Below, piece after piece: positions 7,550 to 15,190 of a stretch of 29,868 nucleotides of DNA (the first letter of the stretch is position 1; each line of letters begins with the position of its first letter). The notes under the pieces are model-generated. The model did not search any database. It was not told the DNA's origin and saw only the letters and a program-made list of their open reading frames with translations. The stretch is from a virus (Duplodnaviria; Caudoviricetes). Location: positions 1 to 29,868 of IMG/VR virus record IMGVR_UViG_3300020045_000749. One strand, 5' to 3'. Position numbers and translations under genes: made by a program.

Positions 7550-7633
7550 CCACACGCATGCTGATTGCGCTAGTTCGACTCTAGCGAGCTATAACTTAAA
7601 CGTTTCGCAAGGGGTCAGTCAGCAGTCGTGTGG
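7550..7633 (+). ncRNA. Long-stem element with a T-loop-like hairpin
   Basis: CCACACG/CGTGTGG and TGCTGATTG/CAGTCAGCA stems enclose CGCTAG-TTCGACT-CTAGCG. Confidence 0.6.
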
Positions 7634-7763
7634 TGCAATGCGCAGTGATGATGCGCGGCGAGTGGAAACAACCGGGTGGGTAGACATCCTAGGCCGTGGA
7701 TTCTGGCGGCTGCTATGCAAACATGCGGGCCACCCTGAGCCGGGATCATCTCCGGCGCACCAC
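7630..7763 (+). ncRNA. Cloverleaf kissing-loop RNA, copy 2
   Basis: GTGGTGC/GCACCAC 7-bp stem; GCGCA-GTGATGA-TGCGC; GCCGG-GATCATCT-CCGGC; loops GATGA and TCATC are complementary. Confidence 0.7.
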
Positions 7764-7912
7764 TTCAGCCACCCAAGGTCGCGCCTTGGCGATTGGTAGC
7801 CGCAAGCTACTGGCAAGCATATATGCCTTATGCCGATGTTTCACAGATGGCGGATCGCTAAACACGGCCATCCCCGGAGTATGTAACCGGGACTAATCTC
7901 CTGAAGGTCTTG

Positions 7913-7942
7913 AGCCAGCGCCCCTAACGCTGGCTTTTTTTT
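7913..7942 (+). terminator. Rho-independent terminator closing the ncRNA cluster
   Basis: AGCCAGCG-cccctaa-CGCTGGCT running into a T8 tract (7935-7942). Confidence 0.9.
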
Positions 7943-7949
7943 GCCTATG

Positions 7950-7958
7950 TGATACACT
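7950..7958 (+). promoter_or_regulatory. Possible extended -10 promoter for the terminase operon
   Basis: TG-A-TACACT just after the terminator, about 50 nt before the terS start; no clear -35. Confidence 0.35.
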
Positions 7959-8009
7959 TTGCCGCATCGCAATCAATGAGGCAGGACAAGCTACGGCATC
8001 CTGGCAATC

Positions 8010-8513
8010 ATGGCAAAACCCGCAAAGGCTAAGCTTCCCCACGGCCGGCCAAGTAAATTCACTCCCGAAATCGCCCAAGAGATATGCTGCCGCCTATCAA
8101 AAGGTGAGCCGCTTGCGCAAATCTGCCGCGATGAACATATGCCGAGCGTTACAACTGTTGGAACATGGAGGTTGAATGACTCCGAGTTTTCCGATAGGAT
8201 CGCGCGCGCACGCGAGGAGGGGTTCGACGCTATTGCCGAGGAGTGCTTAGAGATTGCAGATAATGCAACGAATGATTACATGCTCAAGAAAGATGGCGCT
8301 GAAGAAGGGCGTTTCGACTCGGAGCATGTACAACGGTCTAAATTGCGTATTGAAACTCGCTTAAAGCTTCTTGCAAAGTGGGACCCAAAGCGTTACGGCG
8401 AGAAATTGGCGATTGGTGGGGCATCTGACTTGCCGCCGCTTCAAACTCTACCAGATGCGGACCTATCGGCAAAGATTGCAGCATTGATGGCGAAGAATGG
8501 CAGCGCTGAATAG
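8010..8513 (+). CDS. terS: Terminase small subunit (Sf6/P22-like)
   Basis: GRPSKFTPEIAQEICCRLSKGEPLAQICRDEHMPS...AREEGFDAIAEECLEIAD...RSKLRIETRLKLLAKWDPKRYG; directly upstream of terL. Confidence 0.9.
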   Translation: MAKPAKAKLPHGRPSKFTPEIAQEICCRLSKGEPLAQICRDEHMPSVTTVGTWRLNDSEFSDRIARAREEGFDAIAEECLEIADNATNDYMLKKDGAEEGRFDSEHVQRSKLRIETRLKLLAKWDPKRYGEKLAIGGASDLPPLQTLPDADLSAKIAALMAKNGSAE

Positions 8514-9939
8514 GGCTGAGCAGGAACAGCTTTACGCGCTCTTGATGGAGCAGCAACGGCGCACACACGTCAATCGGTATCGCTCATTCTTTACGCGCCT
8601 GTATGACTGGCAGAAGGAATTCATTGCCGCCACGTCTGAATACTCGCAGGTCTGTTTGATCGCAGCCAATAGGATCGGCAAGACGTGGACTGGAACGTAC
8701 ATTGATGCTTGCCATGCGATGGGGGAATACCCGGACGACTGGCCGGGGCATAAGTTCGACCACGCTCCGCTGATCTGGTGCTTGGGCTATTCAGGCGAGA
8801 AAACGCGTGACCTGTTGCAAGCTGCCATTATAGGGCGCAAGGTGGGTGATAGCTTTGTAGATGGGCTAGTGCCGGCTGACCGAATTATTGGGTATGAGTC
8901 CATGACCGGCACGCCAAACGCGTTGCGTACGGTGTTCATTCGCCATTCGTCCGGCGATGTCGCGCGCATTCAGTTCTGGAGCTACAGCCAGGGGCAACAC
9001 GCACTGATGGGTGATGGCGTAGATTGGTTCCACATTGACGAGGAGCCGCGTGACACGTCGATCTTTCCGCAGGTGCTAGTTCGTACAGCCACCGGAGACA
9101 AAGGGCGTGGCGGGCGTGGCATCCTGACCTTCACGCCAGAGAATGGGCGCACCGAGTTGGTTATCCAGTTCATGGACGACCCATCGCCAGCGCAGAAATA
9201 CATGCAAAAGGGCTGGGATGACGCGCCGCACTTGTCCGACAAGGTAAAGGCCGATCTTCTCGCCAGCTTCCCGGCTCACCAGCGTGAAATGCGCACCAAA
9301 GGAGTTCCAATGCTAGGCCATGGTCGAATCTATGACGTGTCGGAGGAGTCCATCACATGCGAGCCGTTCCAAATCCCGCGCCATTTCAAGGTTATTGATG
9401 GCATGGACTTTGGCTGGGATCACCCGCAAGCGCACGTGCAACTGGTATGGGACGTCGATAGCGATGTGTTTTATCTCACCAAAGCATGGAAACAGTCGCA
9501 GACGCTCGCAATCGCCGCATGGGGGGCTACCAAGACATGGTCGCAAAACGTTCCTACTGCATGGCCGGCTGACGGCTTGCAGACCGAGAAGGGAAGCGCT
9601 AAGCAGCAAAAAGATTATTACTCGGATGCTGGCTTCACAATGATTTATGAGCATTCCACCTGGCCGGACGGCTCAAATGGCGTCGAGGCTGGCCTGTTTG
9701 AGATACGCGAACTTATGATTCAAGGCAAGTTCAAGGTGTTCGCAGGTTTGCGCGACTTCTTTGACGAGTTCCTGCAATACCACAGGGACGAGAAGGGGCA
9801 TATCAACAAGACGCGCGATGACTTGTTAGACGCCATGCGGTACGCCTACATGATGCGGCGCTTTGCCATATCGTACGGCGAGATTGAGAAACCATGGGGA
9901 AGCGGAAGTATCAACTATCCTAAGTCTCGAAATGCATAA
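8497..9939 (+). CDS. terL: Terminase large subunit (P22 gp2-like)
   Basis: Walker A AANRIGKT, Walker B FHIDEEP, LTFTPENG, nuclease motifs GMDFGWDHP and DDLLDAMRYA. Confidence 0.95.
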   Translation: MAALNRAEQEQLYALLMEQQRRTHVNRYRSFFTRLYDWQKEFIAATSEYSQVCLIAANRIGKTWTGTYIDACHAMGEYPDDWPGHKFDHAPLIWCLGYSGEKTRDLLQAAIIGRKVGDSFVDGLVPADRIIGYESMTGTPNALRTVFIRHSSGDVARIQFWSYSQGQHALMGDGVDWFHIDEEPRDTSIFPQVLVRTATGDKGRGGRGILTFTPENGRTELVIQFMDDPSPAQKYMQKGWDDAPHLSDKVKADLLASFPAHQREMRTKGVPMLGHGRIYDVSEESITCEPFQIPRHFKVIDGMDFGWDHPQAHVQLVWDVDSDVFYLTKAWKQSQTLAIAAWGATKTWSQNVPTAWPADGLQTEKGSAKQQKDYYSDAGFTMIYEHSTWPDGSNGVEAGLFEIRELMIQGKFKVFAGLRDFFDEFLQYHRDEKGHINKTRDDLLDAMRYAYMMRRFAISYGEIEKPWGSGSINYPKSRNA

Positions 9940-9960
9940 ATTCCCACACGCAAAGGTTTC

Positions 9961-9971
9961 AGTGTAGAATT
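9961..9971 (+). promoter_or_regulatory. Possible -10 element upstream of the portal gene
   Basis: AGTGTAGAATT, identical to 6488-6498, which spans the -10 box of the ncRNA promoter. Confidence 0.4.
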
Positions 9972-10027
9972 GCGCGCAAAGCAACCTAACTTTTTCAGCG
10001 TATCGATGTGAATCGCCCGCTACCTAC

Positions 10028-12409
10028 ATGAGCAAACCAGAAAAAATCACCGAAGACGGACTCAAAGCGCTAATAGACCAAGAGGCGCGCATGTCCTATG
10101 GCTTCGGGACTGGCAAGCTGGAAGAAATGCGCCGCAGGAATGAGTATTACTTCCTCGCCGAAGCCAAGGAAGACCTGGCGCCACCTGAGATCGAAGGCCG
10201 CTCGTCGGTCGTTGATACCACGGTGCGCAACACGGTCCTTGGCATGGAAGGGCCGCTCATCAAGACGTTTTACGGCTCGGACAACGTGTTCGAGTTCGAG
10301 GAAACCAAGCCGGATGACGCGCCCAAGGCCAAGCTCATCAGCGCCTATGTCAATCACATCTACCGCAACAAGAATCCTGGCTATGTCATCACCGCTACGT
10401 GGATTCGTGAGGCGTTGCAGAACAAAGTAGGTTTCCTCAAGGTATGGTGGGATGACTCAGAGATTGAGTCGAAGGAAGAATATCGCGGCATGACCGACGT
10501 TCAGCTTGCGCTGTTGATGGATGATGAGGAAGTCGAGATCATCAACCAGAAGGCGTACGAGGACGAGGACGCAGCCGAGCAGAAGGCGAAGATGCTTGAG
10601 CAGATGCAGGCTCAATTGCAGCAGATGCAACAGGCCGCTATGCAGCCGTCGCCGTCTCCTCAGCCTGGTCAGCCACCGCAGCCTAACCCAGCCGCAGCAC
10701 AGTTCCAGCAGGCCATGGTGCAGTTCCAGCAAGCGCAAGCACAACCTGTGCCAATGCTCTATGACGTGGCGATGAAGCGCGTTAAAGCTGGCGGCAAGGT
10801 GTGCATCGAGAACGTACCGCCTGAAGAATTCCTCATCAGCAAGAATGCGAAGTCGATTGAGACATCGCCATTCACCGCGCACCGTGTCAAGCGTACGCTG
10901 AGCTATCTGCGCTCGGCTGGCTACACGATCCCCGAAGGCGGCCTGTCTGGTGGCGATCTAGGCGCTAACCTGAGCATGGAGCGTGTCGAGCGTGAGCAGT
11001 ACAACAATGAAAACTCATACCTGACCGATGTTGCGCAAAGCTCCGACGAGTCCATGCGCGAGTATTGGGTGCTGGAATCGTACGTGCAATGCGACTATGA
11101 CGGCGACGGTATCGCTGAGTGGCGCAAAGTGGTCAAGTGCGGCGAGCACATCCTAGACAACGAGGAATGCGACGGCTCGCCATTCGTGGCGCTCGGCTCT
11201 ATCCTGCTGCCGCACCAGTTCTTTGGACTGTGCCCTGCCGATCTGGCTATCGAGGCACAGCGCATCAAGACCAGCCTGAAGCGCGCCAACCTTGACAACG
11301 TGTATCTGCAAGTCAATGGCGGGACGATGGCTGTAGAGGGCCAGGTCAACCTTGATGACCTGCTGAACAATCGCCCTGGCCGAGTGGTCCGCATCAAGTC
11401 GCAGGGTGCTGTGGCCCCATTGCAGCAGGGCATGGGCGATATCGCTGGTTCGATGTCGCTGATGGAGTTCTTCGAGAACGAGACGGAAGAAGCTACCGGC
11501 TGGACGCGCCAAAGCCAAGGCGGCAACGGAATGCAGCTTCAGCAGACTGCCACGCAAGCGAACATCGTCACCAATCGCGCTGATTCCCGCGTCGAGACGA
11601 TCAGCCGCTACATGGCTGAGACTGGCTTTAAGTCGCTCGGTTTGATGATCTTGAAGCTTGTAACCAAGTATCAAAACAAGTCGGAAATGATCCGCGTAGC
11701 TGGCGGCGAATGGGTCAACATCGACCCGCGCGAGTGGACGAATCAGTTTGACCTGACGGTCAATGTCGGCTTGGGTACTGGCAACAAGGATCAATTGGTA
11801 AGCCACCTGTCGCTGTTGTCGCAGAAGCAGATGGAGGGCCTGCAATTCGGCGTTGCCAAGCCTGAGAATATTTACAAGCTGGGCAAGAAGCTAGCCGAAG
11901 CGCTTGGTTTCAAGGATGCGGAGCAGTTCTTCAGCGATCCAGTCAAGCAGCCGCCTCCCCAGCCGCCTGAAGAACCATCAATTCAGGTCGCCAAGATTCG
12001 CGCGCAGGCTGACCAACAGAAGTCCCAGCAGCAGCTTCAGGACGCCGCACAGGAGCGTCAGCACCGCGCCGAAATGGAACAGTTCAAGGTCCAAGTTGAA
12101 TCGCAGGCGCGTATGCAGATCGATATCAACAAGCAGCAGGCTGAGGCTGAGCAGAAGATGCAAGAGGCGCAGAACGAGGCGCAGCTTGACGCCATGCGGC
12201 AGCAATACGAGCATGAGCGCGAACTGGCTAAGCTTGAGGACGCAGCAGCACAGCGCGAGCTTGAGCGCTACAAGATCGATCAGGACAATATGACCAAGAT
12301 TGCAGTAGCGCAGATCGCCGCGCACAAAGAGATTAACAAGTCGCTGATATCGGCGGAATCGGCAGCACAGACCGCAGCAGCGCAACCGGAGGCGCCAGAT
12401 GGAGATTGA
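10028..12409 (+). CDS. Portal protein (podovirus type, long C-terminal coiled coil)
   Basis: Position after terL; EGRSSVVDTTVR, IENVPPEEFLIS, DYDGDGIAE, VNLDDLLNNRPGRVVR and VNVGLGTG motifs; Q/E-rich barrel-like tail. Confidence 0.9.
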   Translation: MSKPEKITEDGLKALIDQEARMSYGFGTGKLEEMRRRNEYYFLAEAKEDLAPPEIEGRSSVVDTTVRNTVLGMEGPLIKTFYGSDNVFEFEETKPDDAPKAKLISAYVNHIYRNKNPGYVITATWIREALQNKVGFLKVWWDDSEIESKEEYRGMTDVQLALLMDDEEVEIINQKAYEDEDAAEQKAKMLEQMQAQLQQMQQAAMQPSPSPQPGQPPQPNPAAAQFQQAMVQFQQAQAQPVPMLYDVAMKRVKAGGKVCIENVPPEEFLISKNAKSIETSPFTAHRVKRTLSYLRSAGYTIPEGGLSGGDLGANLSMERVEREQYNNENSYLTDVAQSSDESMREYWVLESYVQCDYDGDGIAEWRKVVKCGEHILDNEECDGSPFVALGSILLPHQFFGLCPADLAIEAQRIKTSLKRANLDNVYLQVNGGTMAVEGQVNLDDLLNNRPGRVVRIKSQGAVAPLQQGMGDIAGSMSLMEFFENETEEATGWTRQSQGGNGMQLQQTATQANIVTNRADSRVETISRYMAETGFKSLGLMILKLVTKYQNKSEMIRVAGGEWVNIDPREWTNQFDLTVNVGLGTGNKDQLVSHLSLLSQKQMEGLQFGVAKPENIYKLGKKLAEALGFKDAEQFFSDPVKQPPPQPPEEPSIQVAKIRAQADQQKSQQQLQDAAQERQHRAEMEQFKVQVESQARMQIDINKQQAEAEQKMQEAQNEAQLDAMRQQYEHERELAKLEDAAAQRELERYKIDQDNMTKIAVAQIAAHKEINKSLISAESAAQTAAAQPEAPDGD

Positions 12410-12689
12410 ACAGCGTATCTACAACGGCGACCGCGCACGCGAGGTACTGGAAAACGAAGCCTTTCAGCAGGCATTTACTGACATCAAGACGGAGATTATG
12501 CAGCAATGGACAAACTCACCAGTACGCGACGTGGCCGGCCGAGAGGCTCTGTATCAGCTTCTAAAACTGGCGGACAAGCTGCAATTGAACCTGACAACCA
12601 GCTTGGAGACGGGGAAATTGGCGCAGTTGGACCTAGCCCACAAGGAGAGCCTGGTGAAGAAAGCCATGCGCTTGACTGGTCTGGCCTGA
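12399..12689 (+). CDS. Conserved hypothetical protein between portal and scaffold
   Basis: GGAGG RBS; overlaps the portal end; ARE.LENEAF...W.NSP..D..GRE.LY pattern. Confidence 0.8.
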   Translation: MEIEQRIYNGDRAREVLENEAFQQAFTDIKTEIMQQWTNSPVRDVAGREALYQLLKLADKLQLNLTTSLETGKLAQLDLAHKESLVKKAMRLTGLA

Positions 12690-12844
12690 TTGCCGTTGTA
12701 CGTGCCGAGCCGGCGCAAGTATCGCGCTGCTGGCACCCGGAGCCGAAGGATGTAGTTATTGAGCTGAAGAACGGCTCTAACGCAGCGGTCGAAGTTGGCG
12801 CAGAAGCGTATCAACTGACCACTGGCGACATTATCACCCTGTAA
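12506..12844 (+). CDS. Hypothetical protein in an overlapping frame (N-terminal RRGRPR)
   Basis: Only + strand ORF covering 12690-12844; no in-frame ATG downstream of 12506. Confidence 0.5.
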   Translation: MDKLTSTRRGRPRGSVSASKTGGQAAIEPDNQLGDGEIGAVGPSPQGEPGEESHALDWSGLIAVVRAEPAQVSRCWHPEPKDVVIELKNGSNAAVEVGAEAYQLTTGDIITL

Positions 12845-12890
12845 TTCAACCACTGGACAAGCCGCAAGGCATCCATAAGGAGCACCAAAG

Positions 12891-13859
12891 ATGAGCGACG
12901 CAGCAGATACCGGATCGTTGGACATGGATGGCGCCGCAAGCGCATTCGAGGCTATCGAGAATCCACAAGAGGCCGAGCAAGAGACGCCTGAAACGGCTGC
13001 TGAGCGGCTCGCTGCTGAAGAAGTACAGGGCAAGCAAGATCAAGACGCCGGGGATGACTCCGACGAGCAGGAAAGCGAAGACGCCCCGGAACCTGACGCC
13101 GTCACCATCGAAGTCGATGGCAAGCCGGTCAAGATGACGAAGGCTGAACTTGCTGAGGCGGTCAAAGGGCAGATGCGGCAGGTTGACTACACGCAGAAGA
13201 CCATGGCCGCAGCCGAAGTGACTAAGGCCGCGCAAGCGGAGAAGGAAACGGCGGCAAAGGAGCGCGCGGAACTGGCGCAAAAGCTCAACGTGTACACGAT
13301 CCAGGCGCAAGGAAACTTGCAGCATATCGAAGCACAGTTGACCGATGAACTGTTACACAGCGATCCGGTGGAATACTTGGCGTTAGAGCGCACCCTGAGA
13401 AACGGGCAAGCGCAACTCGTCAAGGCTCAACAGGATTTGCAAGCGATAAATGAGCAGCATCAAAACGAACAGAAGGAAGCGAATTCCAAATTTATTCATG
13501 ACCAGCTACAAGTATTGCTAGCCAAGGTTCCTGAATGGAAGGACGAAGAGAAAATGAAAGCGGAGATGGGCAATATTGAGAAATTCATGGGGGTGCGTGG
13601 GTTCACTGTTAATGATGCTCGGATATTGCTGGATGCGCGGACACTTCTACTGGCACGTGATGCGATGAAGTACCGAGATTTGATGGAGCGGGCAGGCAAG
13701 GCGGCTACGAAGGTCGCGGCGGCACCTCCTAAGATCGAGCGGCCCGGTGTTGCAGCAAAGCAGACCAGCGCACAGGACAGCCGTACGAAACAGATTTCGA
13801 AACTCGGCAAATCGGGCAAAGTGTCTGACGCCGCCGCGATCTTCGCGGATATGTTCTAA
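12891..13859 (+). CDS. Capsid scaffolding protein
   Basis: AAGGAG RBS; acidic N-terminus, TIEVDGKPVKMT..EL...G.MRQVDYTQKT, coiled coil and basic C-terminus; directly before the capsid gene. Confidence 0.88.
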   Translation: MSDAADTGSLDMDGAASAFEAIENPQEAEQETPETAAERLAAEEVQGKQDQDAGDDSDEQESEDAPEPDAVTIEVDGKPVKMTKAELAEAVKGQMRQVDYTQKTMAAAEVTKAAQAEKETAAKERAELAQKLNVYTIQAQGNLQHIEAQLTDELLHSDPVEYLALERTLRNGQAQLVKAQQDLQAINEQHQNEQKEANSKFIHDQLQVLLAKVPEWKDEEKMKAEMGNIEKFMGVRGFTVNDARILLDARTLLLARDAMKYRDLMERAGKAATKVAAAPPKIERPGVAAKQTSAQDSRTKQISKLGKSGKVSDAAAIFADMF

Positions 13860-13900
13860 CCAAATTCAATCATACGCCGTGAGGCGCTAGGAGAAATAAC

Positions 13901-14824
13901 ATGGCTGCACCAACCAATACCTTCCTCTCGACTGCCGCAATTGGTAATCGTGAGGACCTGAGCGATGTCATCTACCGCATTTCGCCAACCGACGTGCCTT
14001 TCATGTCGGCCATTGGCAAAGGCAAGGCGACCAACACCCTGCACGAATGGCAGACCCAAGAACTCGCGGCTTTCGGCGCCAATGCCGTAGCCGAGGGTGA
14101 CGACGCATCCGCTGTGGTCGTGACCCCGACCGTTCGACTGGGCAACCGTACGCAAATCTCGACCAAAACTGTCATCGTGTCGGGCACCCAAGAAGCCACC
14201 CTGTCGGCTGGCCGCAAGTCGGAAATGGGCTACCAGATGGCTCTGAAAGCGCTGGAACTGAAGCGTGACATGGAGTTCGCCCTGACGCAGAACAACGTCA
14301 CCGCGACCTCGCCTCGTCAACTGCGTGGCCTGGTTGGCTGGGCCGGCGACAACGTCAACGCCGGCGCCGGCTATGTGGCTCCGAACTACGTCACCAACGT
14401 GGCTCAGACTGACGGCACCGCTCGCGCATTCACCGAGGCGCAACTGAAGGACGTGGCGCAGAAGGTGTTCACCGCTGGCGGCATGCCTGACATGCTGATG
14501 ATGGGGCCTTCGCAGAAGCAAACCTTCTCGACCTTCACTGGCGGTTCGACCCGCTTCGACAAAGGCGAGGACGAAAAGTTGTACGCCTCGATTGACGTGT
14601 ACGTGTCGGATTTCGGTTCGCTGAAGGCTGTGCCTAACCGCTTCCAGCGTTCGCGTGACGTGTGGATGCTGCAAACTGACATGTGGAGCGTTGACTTCCT
14701 GCGCCCGTTCTTCAGCCAAGAGCTGGCCAAAACCGGCGACAGCTACAAGAAGCAACTGCTGGTCGAGTACACCCTGCGCGCCAACCAGCCGAAAGCGAAC
14801 GGCGCGATTCTCGACGTTTTGTAA
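13901..14824 (+). CDS. Major capsid protein (DUF5309 / SU10-like)
   Basis: AIGNREDLSDVIYRISPTDVPF, HEWQT, NRTQISTK, ELKRDME, DVYVSDFG and LAKTGD motifs; AGGAG RBS; followed by a terminator. Confidence 0.92.
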   Translation: MAAPTNTFLSTAAIGNREDLSDVIYRISPTDVPFMSAIGKGKATNTLHEWQTQELAAFGANAVAEGDDASAVVVTPTVRLGNRTQISTKTVIVSGTQEATLSAGRKSEMGYQMALKALELKRDMEFALTQNNVTATSPRQLRGLVGWAGDNVNAGAGYVAPNYVTNVAQTDGTARAFTEAQLKDVAQKVFTAGGMPDMLMMGPSQKQTFSTFTGGSTRFDKGEDEKLYASIDVYVSDFGSLKAVPNRFQRSRDVWMLQTDMWSVDFLRPFFSQELAKTGDSYKKQLLVEYTLRANQPKANGAILDVL

Positions 14825-14842
14825 ACTTACTGGCGTGACAAC

Positions 14843-14868
14843 AAAGCAGCCCTTCGGGGCTGTTTTTT
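14843..14868 (+). terminator. Rho-independent terminator after the capsid gene
   Basis: GCAGCCC-TTCG-GGGCTGT running into a T tract. Confidence 0.88.
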
Positions 14869-14880
14869 AAGGGGCATGGC

Positions 14881-15189
14881 ATGGACAAGAATATTGAATT
14901 TATGACCGTTACCGTTACCGGGTCGAACATCACGACCGGCGCGGCATCGGTGAACGCGGCGCTGCCTGTCGCCTCAAGCGGTGAGATTCCCCGCTTTATC
15001 AGGTTTGCTGTGACGGCAAACGCACGCATTCGGCTGGGCATTGCTGGCGTGACCGCTATCGCAACTGACATGCTGGTTAGCTCGGGCGACTATGTTGTCC
15101 TGACGATCCCGCGCGGTTACACGCACTGGGCCGCGATTCAGGATACCGCTGCCGGCTCGGCTTGCGCAACCCCATTGGAGGACTGCTAA
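14881..15189 (+). CDS. Small beta-rich virion protein (possible capsid decoration)
   Basis: 102 aa, rich in T/A/V, directly after the capsid gene. Confidence 0.6.
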   Translation: MDKNIEFMTVTVTGSNITTGAASVNAALPVASSGEIPRFIRFAVTANARIRLGIAGVTAIATDMLVSSGDYVVLTIPRGYTHWAAIQDTAAGSACATPLEDC

Positions 15190-15190
15190 C

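Larger units (their letters stand above)
6503..7942 (+). ncRNA. Polycistronic structured ncRNA cluster, about 1.44 kb
   Basis: No credible ORF; bounded by a promoter and a terminator; dense stems and GNRA tetraloops on the + strand; contains a hammerhead and a duplicated cloverleaf RNA. Confidence 0.75.

Noticed and set aside
7568-7586. Canonical tRNA gene suggested by the GTTCGACTC T-loop
   Set aside because: No acceptor stem, D arm or anticodon arm in the correct register
6357-7896. ORF-track entries inside the non-coding cluster (6357-6680, 6868-7077, 6998-7261, 7215-7559 and 7619-7816 on minus; 7696-7896 on plus)
   Set aside because: No convincing RBS or coupling, mostly opposite to the local gene direction, random-looking composition; the RNA structures explain the sequence better
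10070-14755. Long minus-strand ORFs opposite the head genes (e.g. 11153-11845, 13856-14755), and similar ones opposite the ejection genes
   Set aside because: Shadow frames caused by codon bias of the real + strand genes
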